The translations under genes were made by a program, and so were the position numbers. From IMG/VR virus record IMGVR_UViG_3300044213_000107, positions 62,001-126,000 of that record: a stretch of 64,000 bases of DNA, one strand, 5' to 3'. The notes under the pieces were generated by a model. That model saw only the letters and a list, made by a program, of their open reading frames with translations. It ran no database searches and was not told where the DNA came from. Below are positions 36,760 to 46,032 of this stretch, in pieces (position 1 is the stretch's first letter; each line of letters begins with the position of its first letter).

Positions 36760-36778
36760 TTATATTGCGTTGCCGCAA
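36760..36778 (-). promoter_or_regulatory. Operator-like motif TTGCGGCAACGCAATATAA inside a TTGACT-16-TATAAT promoter
   Basis: Matches 42759-42777 at 16 of 19 positions. Confidence 0.55.
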
Positions 36779-36787
36779 AAAGTCAAA

Positions 36788-37396
36788 CTATTTGGCAATT
36801 ACTGATTCAGTATAATCGTAGTTGGCCATAAACCCCCAGGACTGTTGCAGTCTTCGTGGGCTTGCATCTGCATTCGGGATGATACGATGTACACGAGCTC
36901 CGTTGTTTGTATGGAATCGTGCCACTGGATCTTGACGATTTTCCAAGTATCCGCGGATTTGCTCGGGATCTGTTGGTGCAACTGTAAAATCTGTGCTTAA
37001 CGCAGGAATTGGACTCATAGTCACAAAATTACGTATAGCCGGCATGTTTTCTCGTATCCATGCGCTGGACATACGAATAATTTTTGCTCCGGGATTTGCG
37101 ATTATAGTAGTTGCATCAGTTTTAAACACACTATAAAAGATAGCGTATCTTGGCTCGGTATTGATGTTGCTGCCAGCATTTAGAATTTCATCAATAACAT
37201 CGGGTAGTGTGTTGGTATAAGCTACACACAAAACTGCTGCCGGGATCGAATTCTCAACAAGCATGAATATTTCGCGATCTTCGCTCATTCTGCGACTTAA
37301 CGGACGTTCATCAGTAATACTATGCACAGGATCTTGGTGCATGTATTCTAGCCAGTTGTTATTAAAATCATCAGAATGTAGTCGTTGAAGTGTCAT
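36788..37396 (-). CDS. Malonyl-CoA decarboxylase catalytic-domain-like protein
   Basis: IFYSV, FVTMSPIP and DPVARFHTNNGARVHRI...ADAS...QSWGFMANYDY motifs. Confidence 0.8.
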   Translation of the reverse strand: MTLQRLHSDDFNNNWLEYMHQDPVHSITDERPLSRRMSEDREIFMLVENSIPAAVLCVAYTNTLPDVIDEILNAGSNINTEPRYAIFYSVFKTDATTIIANPGAKIIRMSSAWIRENMPAIRNFVTMSPIPALSTDFTVAPTDPEQIRGYLENRQDPVARFHTNNGARVHRIIPNADASPRRLQQSWGFMANYDYTESVIAK

Positions 37397-37442
37397 AATC
37401 GTGCCTTATTTTTAGATATTTATAAAAATTTACAAATACCAT

Positions 37443-37468
37443 AAAAAAACGCCCTTGCGGGCGTTTTA
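37443..37468. terminator. Intrinsic terminator
   Basis: AAAACGCCC-TTGC-GGGCGTTTT. Confidence 0.85.
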
Positions 37469-37486
37469 GTGAGAACGATTAACTTA

Positions 37487-38308
37487 TTAATCGTCCGATG
37501 CATTAGCGCCGCACTTGGCACGTTTAGCATTGGTCAATGCACCAAAGTCAACTTTCCATTCTTGTCCTGGAGCAAGTTCTTTAACACCGGCCGGTAGTTG
37601 ATAACCAACACCTGCTTGTTGTTCAATTTGTGCAATTGGCATACGGAACTTGGTCAAATCATTGCCTAAGTTAGGATATGGAGCTGTGTGTGGGAACATC
37701 CATCCTGCGGCTTCTTTGGTTTGATTGTTAACTACAATTTTGTAGAAAGCGTGCGGAACAACTACACCTTTGCCGATTTGTTTATCTTGTGCATTATAAA
37801 CACCACCCGCTACGATCCAGTAACTCTGATTGCGTTGAACTGCCCATCCGCGCACTGAAGTCTCTAGTAGTTTCCAAATGCCACGATTCAACGAGCCTGC
37901 TTGTGGACTCATGTTGGTCATCAAGAATGATTCATATTCAACTTGTGGATCCCATGACAAATCTCCGTCTGGAGCCATGTGTCCTTTGTCGTAACCAGTT
38001 GCGGCATAATCTTGTGGCGTAGCGCCGTTAGGAACAAACTGATTTGCAGCAAAAGCATTTGTACGAGCAACACAGCCTAATGCGTTTTGTGGTAATAGTT
38101 CGTACATAACAAAACGTGGAAGCTTTGCTGGTGCATCATATCCTACCAAGTATGCTTGTTGGCATAATGGCTGAATCTGACCTTGAACTTGTGGGAATCC
38201 ATAAGGTGCATGTGCTTGACATTGTGCTACAGGGAATGGAGCACGTTGTGTCCATGCAAAAGAAAAAACTGGGATTAGCGCGAACGCTAGAAATAATAAA
38301 CGTTTCAT
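37487..38308 (-). CDS. Secreted DNA/RNA non-specific endonuclease (NucA/Serratia type)
   Basis: Signal peptide; YDKGHMAP; NMSPQ...LNRGIW..LE. Confidence 0.92.
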   Translation of the reverse strand: MKRLLFLAFALIPVFSFAWTQRAPFPVAQCQAHAPYGFPQVQGQIQPLCQQAYLVGYDAPAKLPRFVMYELLPQNALGCVARTNAFAANQFVPNGATPQDYAATGYDKGHMAPDGDLSWDPQVEYESFLMTNMSPQAGSLNRGIWKLLETSVRGWAVQRNQSYWIVAGGVYNAQDKQIGKGVVVPHAFYKIVVNNQTKEAAGWMFPHTAPYPNLGNDLTKFRMPIAQIEQQAGVGYQLPAGVKELAPGQEWKVDFGALTNAKRAKCGANASDD

Positions 38309-38371
38309 TGAAACTCCTTGTTAACGTAAGAGTATTTATGAACTGTTTATGTGGATTACAAAATCTTTACA

Positions 38372-39283
38372 TTACTGGTAAGGAACATATGCAGGAATGG
38401 TTTCTAGGCCAAGTTGGCGTGCACGAGTAATCCTATGATTGCCATCTAATGCCCAACCATTGCCATCTACTACCACTGGCTTTTTGGCAATATCTTCGGG
38501 AGTAATTCGATTTATGTGTTCCCAGTCTAGACTAATATATCTACGATGTGGGTCATCTTGATGGTAGTATTCTGGAGTATTAATATCCGACAATGGTAGT
38601 TCTACAAATTGCCAAAATGGATGTTCTAGCACCGGATCATCTAAATGAAACTCATTGTGAATACCTTTAACAAACTTTAATAGTCGGCGTCCACTAACCA
38701 CATGTGGAAATTTACGATGTTCTATTTCCACGGTATGATCAATCATGTGTGGATGGATACGCCCTACCAGTGCAAGATCTAATTCTTTTAATACACGATC
38801 ACATTCGGCGTCTTTGTATAATATACCAATTCCGCCCCAGCTACGCCATAGTGCAATATTAGTAGGGTAATCGTCTATTAGTATGTTAGGTGTGCTGTCT
38901 GGACGTTTAGCATATTGATATTTTTCGTGTGTAAACAATATTTCTTCAGGCGGCATGTTTTTAAAATAATGATTTAACCATTGAGTTTTTTCATCACTGC
39001 TGCCTTCTACATCACTCATCAGCGGACTGCTTAAAATATTGTATTCGCCGGCACGTTGTAGTATGCCTTTGATTAAATGTGTGGCGTTTGGTAATAATGG
39101 TAAATTACGAAAGAAGCCCGACTTTTTTGCATGTTGACTTATTCCACCACCTTTGTGTACATCACGAAACTTTTTAACATGATGCTGGCGTGCAACTTCC
39201 CCAAAAAAGTCCGCTAACACGCCATCCATGTCTACATAGATAAGTGAATCTGTTTTGGTACTAGATACTTCAAAAGCTTTCAT
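38372..39283 (-). CDS. HAD-family 5'(3')-nucleotidase-like domain fused to a ParB/Srx-like domain
   Basis: YVDMDGVLADF and LIDD motifs; C-terminal PVVV...LDGNHR. Confidence 0.8.
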   Translation of the reverse strand: MKAFEVSSTKTDSLIYVDMDGVLADFFGEVARQHHVKKFRDVHKGGGISQHAKKSGFFRNLPLLPNATHLIKGILQRAGEYNILSSPLMSDVEGSSDEKTQWLNHYFKNMPPEEILFTHEKYQYAKRPDSTPNILIDDYPTNIALWRSWGGIGILYKDAECDRVLKELDLALVGRIHPHMIDHTVEIEHRKFPHVVSGRRLLKFVKGIHNEFHLDDPVLEHPFWQFVELPLSDINTPEYYHQDDPHRRYISLDWEHINRITPEDIAKKPVVVDGNGWALDGNHRITRARQLGLETIPAYVPYQ

Positions 39284-39301
39284 ATAGTAGATATTTATCT
39301 A

Positions 39302-39892
39302 CTATCTTCGCTCCACAATACGATCCGCAAGTCCATACGCAACTGCTTGCTCTGCACTCATAAAGAAATCACGTTCCATATCTGCAGAAATTTCATCAAA
39401 TGTTTTTCCTGCACTATTGTGGCTAACATAAATCTGTGTAAGATTCTTCTTTAAAGCTAAGATTTCCTCAACTTGGATCAGCATATCTGTGGCTTGTCCA
39501 CGTGCGCCGCCCGATGGCTGATGAATCATGTGACGAGCATTTGGCAAGATCAATCGTTTCCCGGCAGCACCGGCGTTTGCAAGTAAGCTTCCCATACTGC
39601 AGGCCTGGCCCATAACAATGGTAGATACATCAGGCTTAATGAACTGCATAGTATCATAGATTGCCATGCCAGCAGTGACAACTCCACCGGGTGAGTTGAT
39701 GTAAAAGAGGATGTCTGCATCTGGATCTTCGCTTTCTAAAAAAAGTAATTGACTAACAACAAGACTAGCAGAATGTTCGTTAACATCTGTGTCTAGCATT
39801 ACAATGCGGTCTTTGAGTAAACGACTATAGATGTCGTAAGCTCGTTCACCGTTTGAAGTTTTTTCTAGTACGGTTGGTACAAAATTTGGCAT
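39302..39892 (-). CDS. clpP: ATP-dependent Clp protease proteolytic subunit
   Basis: [33 protein letters not shown] and ERDFFM. Confidence 0.97.
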   Translation of the reverse strand: MPNFVPTVLEKTSNGERAYDIYSRLLKDRIVMLDTDVNEHSASLVVSQLLFLESEDPDADILFYINSPGGVVTAGMAIYDTMQFIKPDVSTIVMGQACSMGSLLANAGAAGKRLILPNARHMIHQPSGGARGQATDMLIQVEEILALKKNLTQIYVSHNSAGKTFDEISADMERDFFMSAEQAVAYGLADRIVERR

Positions 39893-39931
39893 AGGTTACC
39901 TGTTAAGTTGTAACACTATTTTAACAGACAA

Positions 39932-40417
39932 TCAGCACTTTGTAAAGTCTTGATGGCGAAACCAACGTCGTTGTCCGTGGCTTGTTTTAAGATGTAGCCC
40001 ATAATATTCAAATTCTTCTCGCCAGGCAAAAAAACTAGGTCCGTGCCCTCCCGAATACTCATGTATGTGCCCGCCCTGTGCCCAACGATGAATGTCCCAT
40101 TGCCACTGATGCACCATTTCATGAGCGAGTGTGTTTAAACACCATTGAGCGCAAAACCATTTATCGCTCATCCGTATTATGGTATGCGACCCAGACTCTT
40201 GTTCTTGATCTTCCCAACTGCAGTTTGCCCAGCATTTATGAATTATGCCTAATTTAATTTCGGGCTTTTGTAATTGATTTTTAAATAAATGACGATTAAT
40301 TATATTATATGCGTAGTTAATATCAGCGTCAGAAGGGCGGAATAATTTGCGTCTTTGATAGGTTTTTGGTGGCAGTGGTGCCAGCATAATTGAACGTATT
40401 GGATTGGGTCTAGCCAT
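39932..40417 (-). CDS. SprT-like zinc metalloprotease
   Basis: TLAHEMVHQ...HGPSF. Confidence 0.85.
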   Translation of the reverse strand: MARPNPIRSIMLAPLPPKTYQRRKLFRPSDADINYAYNIINRHLFKNQLQKPEIKLGIIHKCWANCSWEDQEQESGSHTIIRMSDKWFCAQWCLNTLAHEMVHQWQWDIHRWAQGGHIHEYSGGHGPSFFAWREEFEYYGLHLKTSHGQRRWFRHQDFTKC

Positions 40418-40478
40418 ATTAAAGCCTCCAAGGTATTTAGTACCAAGGAGGCTTTAATTTTATTACAAGTTTTTTACA

Positions 40479-41222
40479 TTAGCGAACGGTAACCTGTCCA
40501 ATAACTGCCCCGGGTTTTTGGAGTGCTTCGTCCCGTTTTTGTTTGTAATCCGCATTGTCTACATCAAGTAGATTAATTGTGGTTACTGTTGATTGAGCAG
40601 GAGCAGAACTAACTGGCACCGGATCTTTATTTTTATCAATAAACAAGTCCAACTCTTTTAACTGTTCAGTATGGTTGCCTACCGCTTTTTCCTGCATTTT
40701 GTCAGCCTGTTTAGTACGACTTAGTACATTGGCTTCACCTAGTGGTAAAGATACTAAAACAAACGCCTGGAACCTACTACCATCACGCACAAAATGTGTT
40801 CGTTCTACTGTGGCACCTGTAATATCTACATCTGGGCAGAAGTTACGAATAGCAGTTGTGGTTACATTAGTACTAGAATTTTCAGTGTCTGTTCTAGTAA
40901 TATCGGTTTTACCTCTAACTCGGCCACCTGCAGATTGACAAATACTAAAAAACGCTTCGGCTCTGGCATTGGCTAATGCGGCACTGGGACTACCACTTTT
41001 ACCATCACCTACAGCAAAAATCTTGTTAGGTTGGCTAGGTAAGTTGCCAAACCATTCTGGTACTGCAGATTCTGTGCGCACCGCGCTGATCTCTTGACGT
41101 TGTTGGATTGTGGGCATAGCCTGCGGTGCAGTCATCTGCGTTGCCACAGGAGCAGGCGGGGTAGCAGTACTACAAGCAGACACAATACCAGCCAATGCGG
41201 CTACAAATAAAAGTTTTCTCAT
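40479..41222 (-). CDS. Lipoprotein (LPP20-like)
   Basis: Lipobox VSA-C; VPEWF...AVGDG...A...ARAE; promoter TTGACA-17-TATACT at 41258-41286. Confidence 0.7.
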   Translation of the reverse strand: MRKLLFVAALAGIVSACSTATPPAPVATQMTAPQAMPTIQQRQEISAVRTESAVPEWFGNLPSQPNKIFAVGDGKSGSPSAALANARAEAFFSICQSAGGRVRGKTDITRTDTENSSTNVTTTAIRNFCPDVDITGATVERTHFVRDGSRFQAFVLVSLPLGEANVLSRTKQADKMQEKAVGNHTEQLKELDLFIDKNKDPVPVSSAPAQSTVTTINLLDVDNADYKQKRDEALQKPGAVIGQVTVR

Positions 41223-41272
41223 ATCAACACCTTTCGGTAGTAGTTAAACATAAAACAAGTATAACAAACTTT

Positions 41273-41728
41273 TTACCGTTTGTCAACCAAAGCTTCCCAT
41301 CTATTCACAATAGGACGGAGATCCTGGCGAGTATAACAAAGCGCACCTTGACTTTCACCTGCCGGAAACTGTTCCCTGACGTATGTACAATTTTGTGGTT
41401 TTGGTACATCGGCGGGGCAATTTTGCTCAATCATTCGTATCCAATATAACGCATAAGCACTTTGTTTGTCATCAAATACTACACGTTGGTCCTGGAAAGT
41501 ATGGTCAAAATAAGAATTTGCAACTCCAGCAACCGTTGTCATCTGTATAGAATTTGTAATACGGTCACGCTGGCTGGGAATTTGACTGCGTAAAAATGCC
41601 AATTGATTGTATCTGTTTGAACAATCCACATGAAAGTTATTTAAGTCGGCGACTGGCATTGTTACTGGCGTAGTACAACCAACCATGGTACCTAACACAC
41701 AAATGGCTAGAACAGTTTTCATTGGCAA
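41273..41728 (-). CDS. Lipoprotein
   Basis: Lipobox MVG-C; Cys-rich. Confidence 0.6.
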   Translation of the reverse strand: MPMKTVLAICVLGTMVGCTTPVTMPVADLNNFHVDCSNRYNQLAFLRSQIPSQRDRITNSIQMTTVAGVANSYFDHTFQDQRVVFDDKQSAYALYWIRMIEQNCPADVPKPQNCTYVREQFPAGESQGALCYTRQDLRPIVNRWEALVDKR

Positions 41729-41955
41729 TAATACCCTAATCTTTGAATTTGCAATGCAATTGTTTGATCGTAAACTGACCGGTTGCTATTACCGTCGGTA
41801 TCAAATCTCAACATCTTTTGCAGATAACGAATTTGACCATCACGGTTGGCACAATCAGGAACTAAAACAGTTACCTGTTCATAGTCGGGCCTATGCTGAG
41901 ATGCACAGCCAACCATGAACATGAAACTTACTAACAAACAATTACGAGCTAACAC
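41719..41955 (-). CDS. Small lipoprotein, paralogous to the neighbour's N-terminal part
   Basis: MVG-C; PDCANRDGQIRYL resembles VDCSNRYNQLAFL. Confidence 0.6.
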   Translation of the reverse strand: MLARNCLLVSFMFMVGCASQHRPDYEQVTVLVPDCANRDGQIRYLQKMLRFDTDGNSNRSVYDQTIALQIQRLGYYCQ

Positions 41956-42109
41956 GATTTTGTTTATGGAATGTGATAGTGTTTTTAAAAACTGTTTCTG
42001 CAGTTTTTTGATCTACCCCGGCGTTGCGTTGGATGTATCTAATAGCATCACGACTATTAAATTGCAATTGAAAAACTGCTTCATTTGCGGCACGTGCAAC
42101 ATCAATCAT
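41942..42109 (-). CDS. 55-aa hypothetical protein (not in the ORF track)
   Basis: MIDVARAANEAVFQLQFNSRDAIRYIQRNAG...; AGGAG RBS. Confidence 0.55.
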   Translation of the reverse strand: MIDVARAANEAVFQLQFNSRDAIRYIQRNAGVDQKTAETVFKNTITFHKQNRVSS

Positions 42110-42374
42110 TTTTAACTCCTAAAGTTGATTTTTTGGATTTTGTGCTAGGCACTCGTTTTTTACCAGTAGCGGTAAATTCTTGACTAACATAGTATGTTAG
42201 CATTTTTTGATTTATATGGGTTACTAAGTCTGTGTTTAGACTTTCGGCCATAAATCTAACTGGACAATTACCCCAAGTACCTTTTGTTAGGAACTCAAAA
42301 TAATATTTTCTGTGCACGGGATTCTTTTCATCAAATGCAAGAGCAGGTCTTGCACGAAGATATAATATTGACAT
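42102..42374 (-). CDS. Phage hypothetical protein
   Basis: FDEKNPVHRKYY..FL....WGNCPVRF; promoter TTGACA-17-TATAAT at 42408-42436. Confidence 0.65.
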   Translation of the reverse strand: MSILYLRARPALAFDEKNPVHRKYYFEFLTKGTWGNCPVRFMAESLNTDLVTHINQKMLTYYVSQEFTATGKKRVPSTKSKKSTLGVKND

Positions 42375-42472
42375 AATTTAAGCCATTATTAGTTAAACAC
42401 AAAGTCTATTATACGCAAAAGAAAAAACCCTGTCAAATGCAGGGTTTTTTGGTGTTGTTTTTTAGCAACAGC

Positions 42473-42724
42473 TTATTTTTTAGCAAAAGTATCAAAAATC
42501 TTTGTGTAATCAAATTTTGAAACTTTTTGTACGGTTTTTGTAGTTTCGTCGGCCAAAACTGTAGCGGTATCAGCAGTGGCTTTAAATGCTTTTTTTGTAT
42601 ATTCAGTTTGTGCATCTACAAACGAATTCATTGCCTTGGCAATAGCTTCATTGGTTACAAATGTGCTAACCCACATTTTCTTACCACTTTGAACGCTGTC
42701 AATAACTGTATCAAATCCAAACAT
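42473..42724 (-). CDS. All-helical amphipathic protein, possibly phasin-like
   Basis: Start MFGFD with an AAGGAG RBS; upstream TGC-N3-GCA box. Confidence 0.45.
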   Translation of the reverse strand: MFGFDTVIDSVQSGKKMWVSTFVTNEAIAKAMNSFVDAQTEYTKKAFKATADTATVLADETTKTVQKVSKFDYTKIFDTFAKK

Positions 42725-42758
42725 AATGTTCTCCTTAAAAATTATATTATACAATTAT

Positions 42759-42777
42759 TTATATTGCGATGCAACAA
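42759..42777 (-). promoter_or_regulatory. Operator-like motif TTGTTGCATCGCAATATAA overlapping TTGCAT-17-TATAAT and TATAAATA
   Basis: Read directly; matches the 36760 motif. Confidence 0.55.
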
Positions 42778-42849
42778 AAATCTAGGATTTTTTTAGTGAA
42801 TGGTCACTAAAAGTGTAAATACAATTATCCATAAAACAAGGAGTTCAAA

Positions 42850-43122
42850 ATGGAATTAATTATTGGTCTAATCGTTGTGGTTGTTATTTTGGCATTATTG
42901 CTTACCCAAAGAAAATTGTCAACAACAGAAACAAACACTAACGAACACAAAGAAGAAATATCTTCAGACAACGGTATCAAATTTGTTGCCCCAGAGCCTG
43001 CACCTGAGCCGGTTGCAGTAAAAGAAGAAGCACCAGCTAAAGCACCGCGTACCAAAAAACCAGCTGCGCCAAAAGCCGCAAAAGCACCACGTAAACCAGC
43101 TAAACCTAAAAAATCAGCCTAA
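42850..43122 (+). CDS. Membrane-anchored protein with K/A/P-rich histone-like tail
   Basis: N-terminal TM; KAPRTKKPAAPKAAKAPRKPAKPKK; AGGAG RBS. Confidence 0.7.
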   Translation: MELIIGLIVVVVILALLLTQRKLSTTETNTNEHKEEISSDNGIKFVAPEPAPEPVAVKEEAPAKAPRTKKPAAPKAAKAPRKPAKPKKSA

Positions 43123-44237
43123 TGTTTGATTTAGAAAATGTCAGGGTCTATCACGACTCTGACACTTCTCGTTATCATTTTGATCAACTTCCTAATCTAC
43201 GTTTTAATGATTTAAATTATTATACATTTAGATTAGATGATTTTATAAATTCCACCGGCACTAAAGTTGCCGGTTTTCATGTTCCCTTTCCTGCAGAAAC
43301 AACATGGTTAAATCGTTTACAACAAGTATATGATCAATGCATTGCCATTTATATTTTTTGTAGTGAGCTACACGACTCTACCGTTTCGCAATTAAAGACA
43401 TTAAATTTACCAAAAATAAATTTATTTGTCTGCGGTACATTTAATTTTTCATTTCAATCAGCAAAAGTTTATCATTGGTTAGATTGGTTTTATACCAGCA
43501 GTTATTTTTATACCAAAACTAATCCTGGGTTTTTAGATGATAAAATTTTTCCTTACGCCAAAAAACCTAAATCATTTGATGTACTATTAGGTAATCAACG
43601 AGAACACAGAGATCTAGTGTTTAACTATATAAATGAAAATGCGTTAACAGACAGAGTCATAATGACTTATGTTTACTATGCAAATAAATCACTATTGAAT
43701 AATTCTAACTTTATTTTAGAAACAACAGGTGTTGAGTTTGATACCAATCGCAATTATAATCACAGCATCGAATCTATAAAATACTATGGGCGATACATGA
43801 CTCTAAGTCAATTGATTCCGTTACAAGTTTATAATCAAACTGCATATTCTATTGTTGCAGAAACAAACTTCAATAACACATACAATTTCTACACTGAAAA
43901 AATTGTCAAGCCAATCCTAGCTCGTAGACTGTTTATTGCAATAGCCGGGAAAAATTATTTAAAAAATCTACGTACAATTGGGTTTAAAACTTTTGATTGT
44001 GTAATAGATGAATCTTACGACGAAATAGAAGACAACAACATACGATGGCAAGCTGCAATGTCCCAAGTAAAATTTTTAACCCGGCAACCGCAAGAAATGG
44101 TATTAGAAAAAATAAAAGACATAGTCGAATATAACTATGCCTTATTACGTGACGGTGATTTTTATCGAGAATTCAGCGATCAGTTAGAACAATCGTTAAT
44201 CAATAATACCAAAATTTGCCCAACTTGGCCCACCTAA
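43122..44237 (+). CDS. AT-rich hypothetical protein, possibly glycosyltransferase-related; paralog of 48614
   Basis: SIVAET...FYTEKIVKPI...F...G..NYLKNL...GFKTF...DESYD. Confidence 0.6.
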   Translation: MFDLENVRVYHDSDTSRYHFDQLPNLRFNDLNYYTFRLDDFINSTGTKVAGFHVPFPAETTWLNRLQQVYDQCIAIYIFCSELHDSTVSQLKTLNLPKINLFVCGTFNFSFQSAKVYHWLDWFYTSSYFYTKTNPGFLDDKIFPYAKKPKSFDVLLGNQREHRDLVFNYINENALTDRVIMTYVYYANKSLLNNSNFILETTGVEFDTNRNYNHSIESIKYYGRYMTLSQLIPLQVYNQTAYSIVAETNFNNTYNFYTEKIVKPILARRLFIAIAGKNYLKNLRTIGFKTFDCVIDESYDEIEDNNIRWQAAMSQVKFLTRQPQEMVLEKIKDIVEYNYALLRDGDFYREFSDQLEQSLINNTKICPTWPT

Positions 44238-45266
44238 ACAAATCCAACCCAATGGTCCTCCTAGACTAGGATTCGCATTAAATACCACTGTTCCTTTGGT
44301 ACTGGAATAATTAGGTACTGTGTCGCTGCTGGAAAAAGACATTGTGCCAAGATTTAATTGTTTAACGTCAGTGGAACCATCTGTGTTCAATATAATATTG
44401 TCTTTGCTATTACTGCCTAATATTAATGTCTGAGCACGCGGAGTTTGTATAACTGCAATATTCTTTTTATTTTTACCTAGAGTTAATTCAACTTCTTCAT
44501 CCCAGATAGATAACGCTGCACTAGGCTCTAAGGTATTAATTCCAACACGTTTATTTCCAACGTAGAAACTATCGTAAATTAGTGCTTCACCTTGAACTTG
44601 TAGTTCTCTGAGGTACCCAACTTTTTGAAGATTGCTTTCTGTGATTTTAATTCCTAAACTATTCCCACTAACAAATACTTCATTATCAAGCGTGATACGA
44701 TTAAGATCGATACCTGTTTCTTGTATTTGTTTAAAAATAATATCACTATAACTAGAAAACAAGTCTTGATCTAAATTATTTCTAACATTTGTTTCTACAC
44801 CTGCAACTATGCTTTGCAAAAATTCGCCTTCGGCAATTTCGCCGTTGACTACGAAATTGCCATCGATAATCATCGATCCTTTAACTGTAAGGTCTTGTGT
44901 GGTTAGATTGTTTTCTACCACCGTGTCATCATCTAGAATAGTAACAATACATTTAGTAGCACGATCATCTATACCGGTACTACCAAAGTTTGTAATTATG
45001 CCACCAGTTACTTGATCGCCCGATATTTGTAATTCTTGATTGCGAATAGCTGTACCGGCAATACTATTTTCCGGAAACTCAAATTCTTGTAGTTTTTCAG
45101 CAAGTATTGATCTTACAGCTTCTTTGTATGTGGCATTAAAATCAATCCTACCTAGATGAGCTGCAATGTCAGCAGCAAGTTGGCGGTCAGCTTGTTGTTT
45201 AACTTCTAGGGCAACTTCTTCAACTAACTTTTTAACTAATATATCTAAGGTCTGTTTGTCTTTCAT
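44196..45266 (-). CDS. Hypothetical protein, probably structural
   Basis: ESNLQKVGYL and RVGINT..P repeats typical of fibre proteins. Confidence 0.55.
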   Translation of the reverse strand: MKDKQTLDILVKKLVEEVALEVKQQADRQLAADIAAHLGRIDFNATYKEAVRSILAEKLQEFEFPENSIAGTAIRNQELQISGDQVTGGIITNFGSTGIDDRATKCIVTILDDDTVVENNLTTQDLTVKGSMIIDGNFVVNGEIAEGEFLQSIVAGVETNVRNNLDQDLFSSYSDIIFKQIQETGIDLNRITLDNEVFVSGNSLGIKITESNLQKVGYLRELQVQGEALIYDSFYVGNKRVGINTLEPSAALSIWDEEVELTLGKNKKNIAVIQTPRAQTLILGSNSKDNIILNTDGSTDVKQLNLGTMSFSSSDTVPNYSSTKGTVVFNANPSLGGPLGWICLGGPSWANFGIID

Positions 45267-45267
45267 C

Positions 45268-46002
45268 TTAATCGAATCGTATGCTAATTACATGTTCGTA
45301 ATTCTTCTTGATTAAACTCTTGTACATTAAATTTTTATGTACAGTAAATCCAAATGCCCCGGCTGCAGATGTAAAATTTGCTAACTGTTTAAAAAACATA
45401 CTGCGGCGATCAAATGGACCAACTGTGGTTAAATCTGTACCTGATATACCATATACCATAGTTGTCCAACTGTTGCGATCTATAGTGCTGTATTCATGGG
45501 CTTCTAGATAAATGGTTTTTTCTGCGTCGGATCTAATAACACTTGGATAACTAAACTCGCGCTCTTTGTAATCTTGGTTTTTATAATCCTTACAAGTAGT
45601 TATCACTAAATCTGTGGCCAGGCTGCAAATTTCAGTAACGCTATCACGTTGGTTTTGATCTGTTTTTGCAAAAGTAAAATATTCATCAAATGCTACCACA
45701 GTGTTAAAAGATTTTCTATGATCGGCTAAATCGCCAAACTCGATTCTAGTAAACTTTATATCACGACTGGTAATATAATCGGCTACTTCATCACTGATAA
45801 GAGTAACTGATATATTTTTTGCATAGCCAGAAAGTATGGCCGGATTAAAGCCTACATATAATGTATTACCTAACGAAGTATTATGGTAAGCACTAACTTC
45901 CTCTAATATCTGAACTTTTTTATCTATTAATTCTGATTTTTTTGTTTGTTTTGCATATGCGGAAAACAAACAATCATTATAATCTAAAAACGACGCCATC
46001 AC
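45268..46002 (-). CDS. Hypothetical protein (possible methyltransferase-like fold)
   Basis: 244-aa ORF in the cluster; the fold is a weak inference. Confidence 0.5.
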   Translation of the reverse strand: MMASFLDYNDCLFSAYAKQTKKSELIDKKVQILEEVSAYHNTSLGNTLYVGFNPAILSGYAKNISVTLISDEVADYITSRDIKFTRIEFGDLADHRKSFNTVVAFDEYFTFAKTDQNQRDSVTEICSLATDLVITTCKDYKNQDYKEREFSYPSVIRSDAEKTIYLEAHEYSTIDRNSWTTMVYGISGTDLTTVGPFDRRSMFFKQLANFTSAAGAFGFTVHKNLMYKSLIKKNYEHVISIRFD

Positions 46003-46032
46003 TACCCTTTTATTATTATTTAGATATTTAGT

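Noticed and set aside
39916-40122. 68-aa minus-strand ORF
   Set aside because: It lies almost entirely within the SprT-like gene in another frame and has no motif support.
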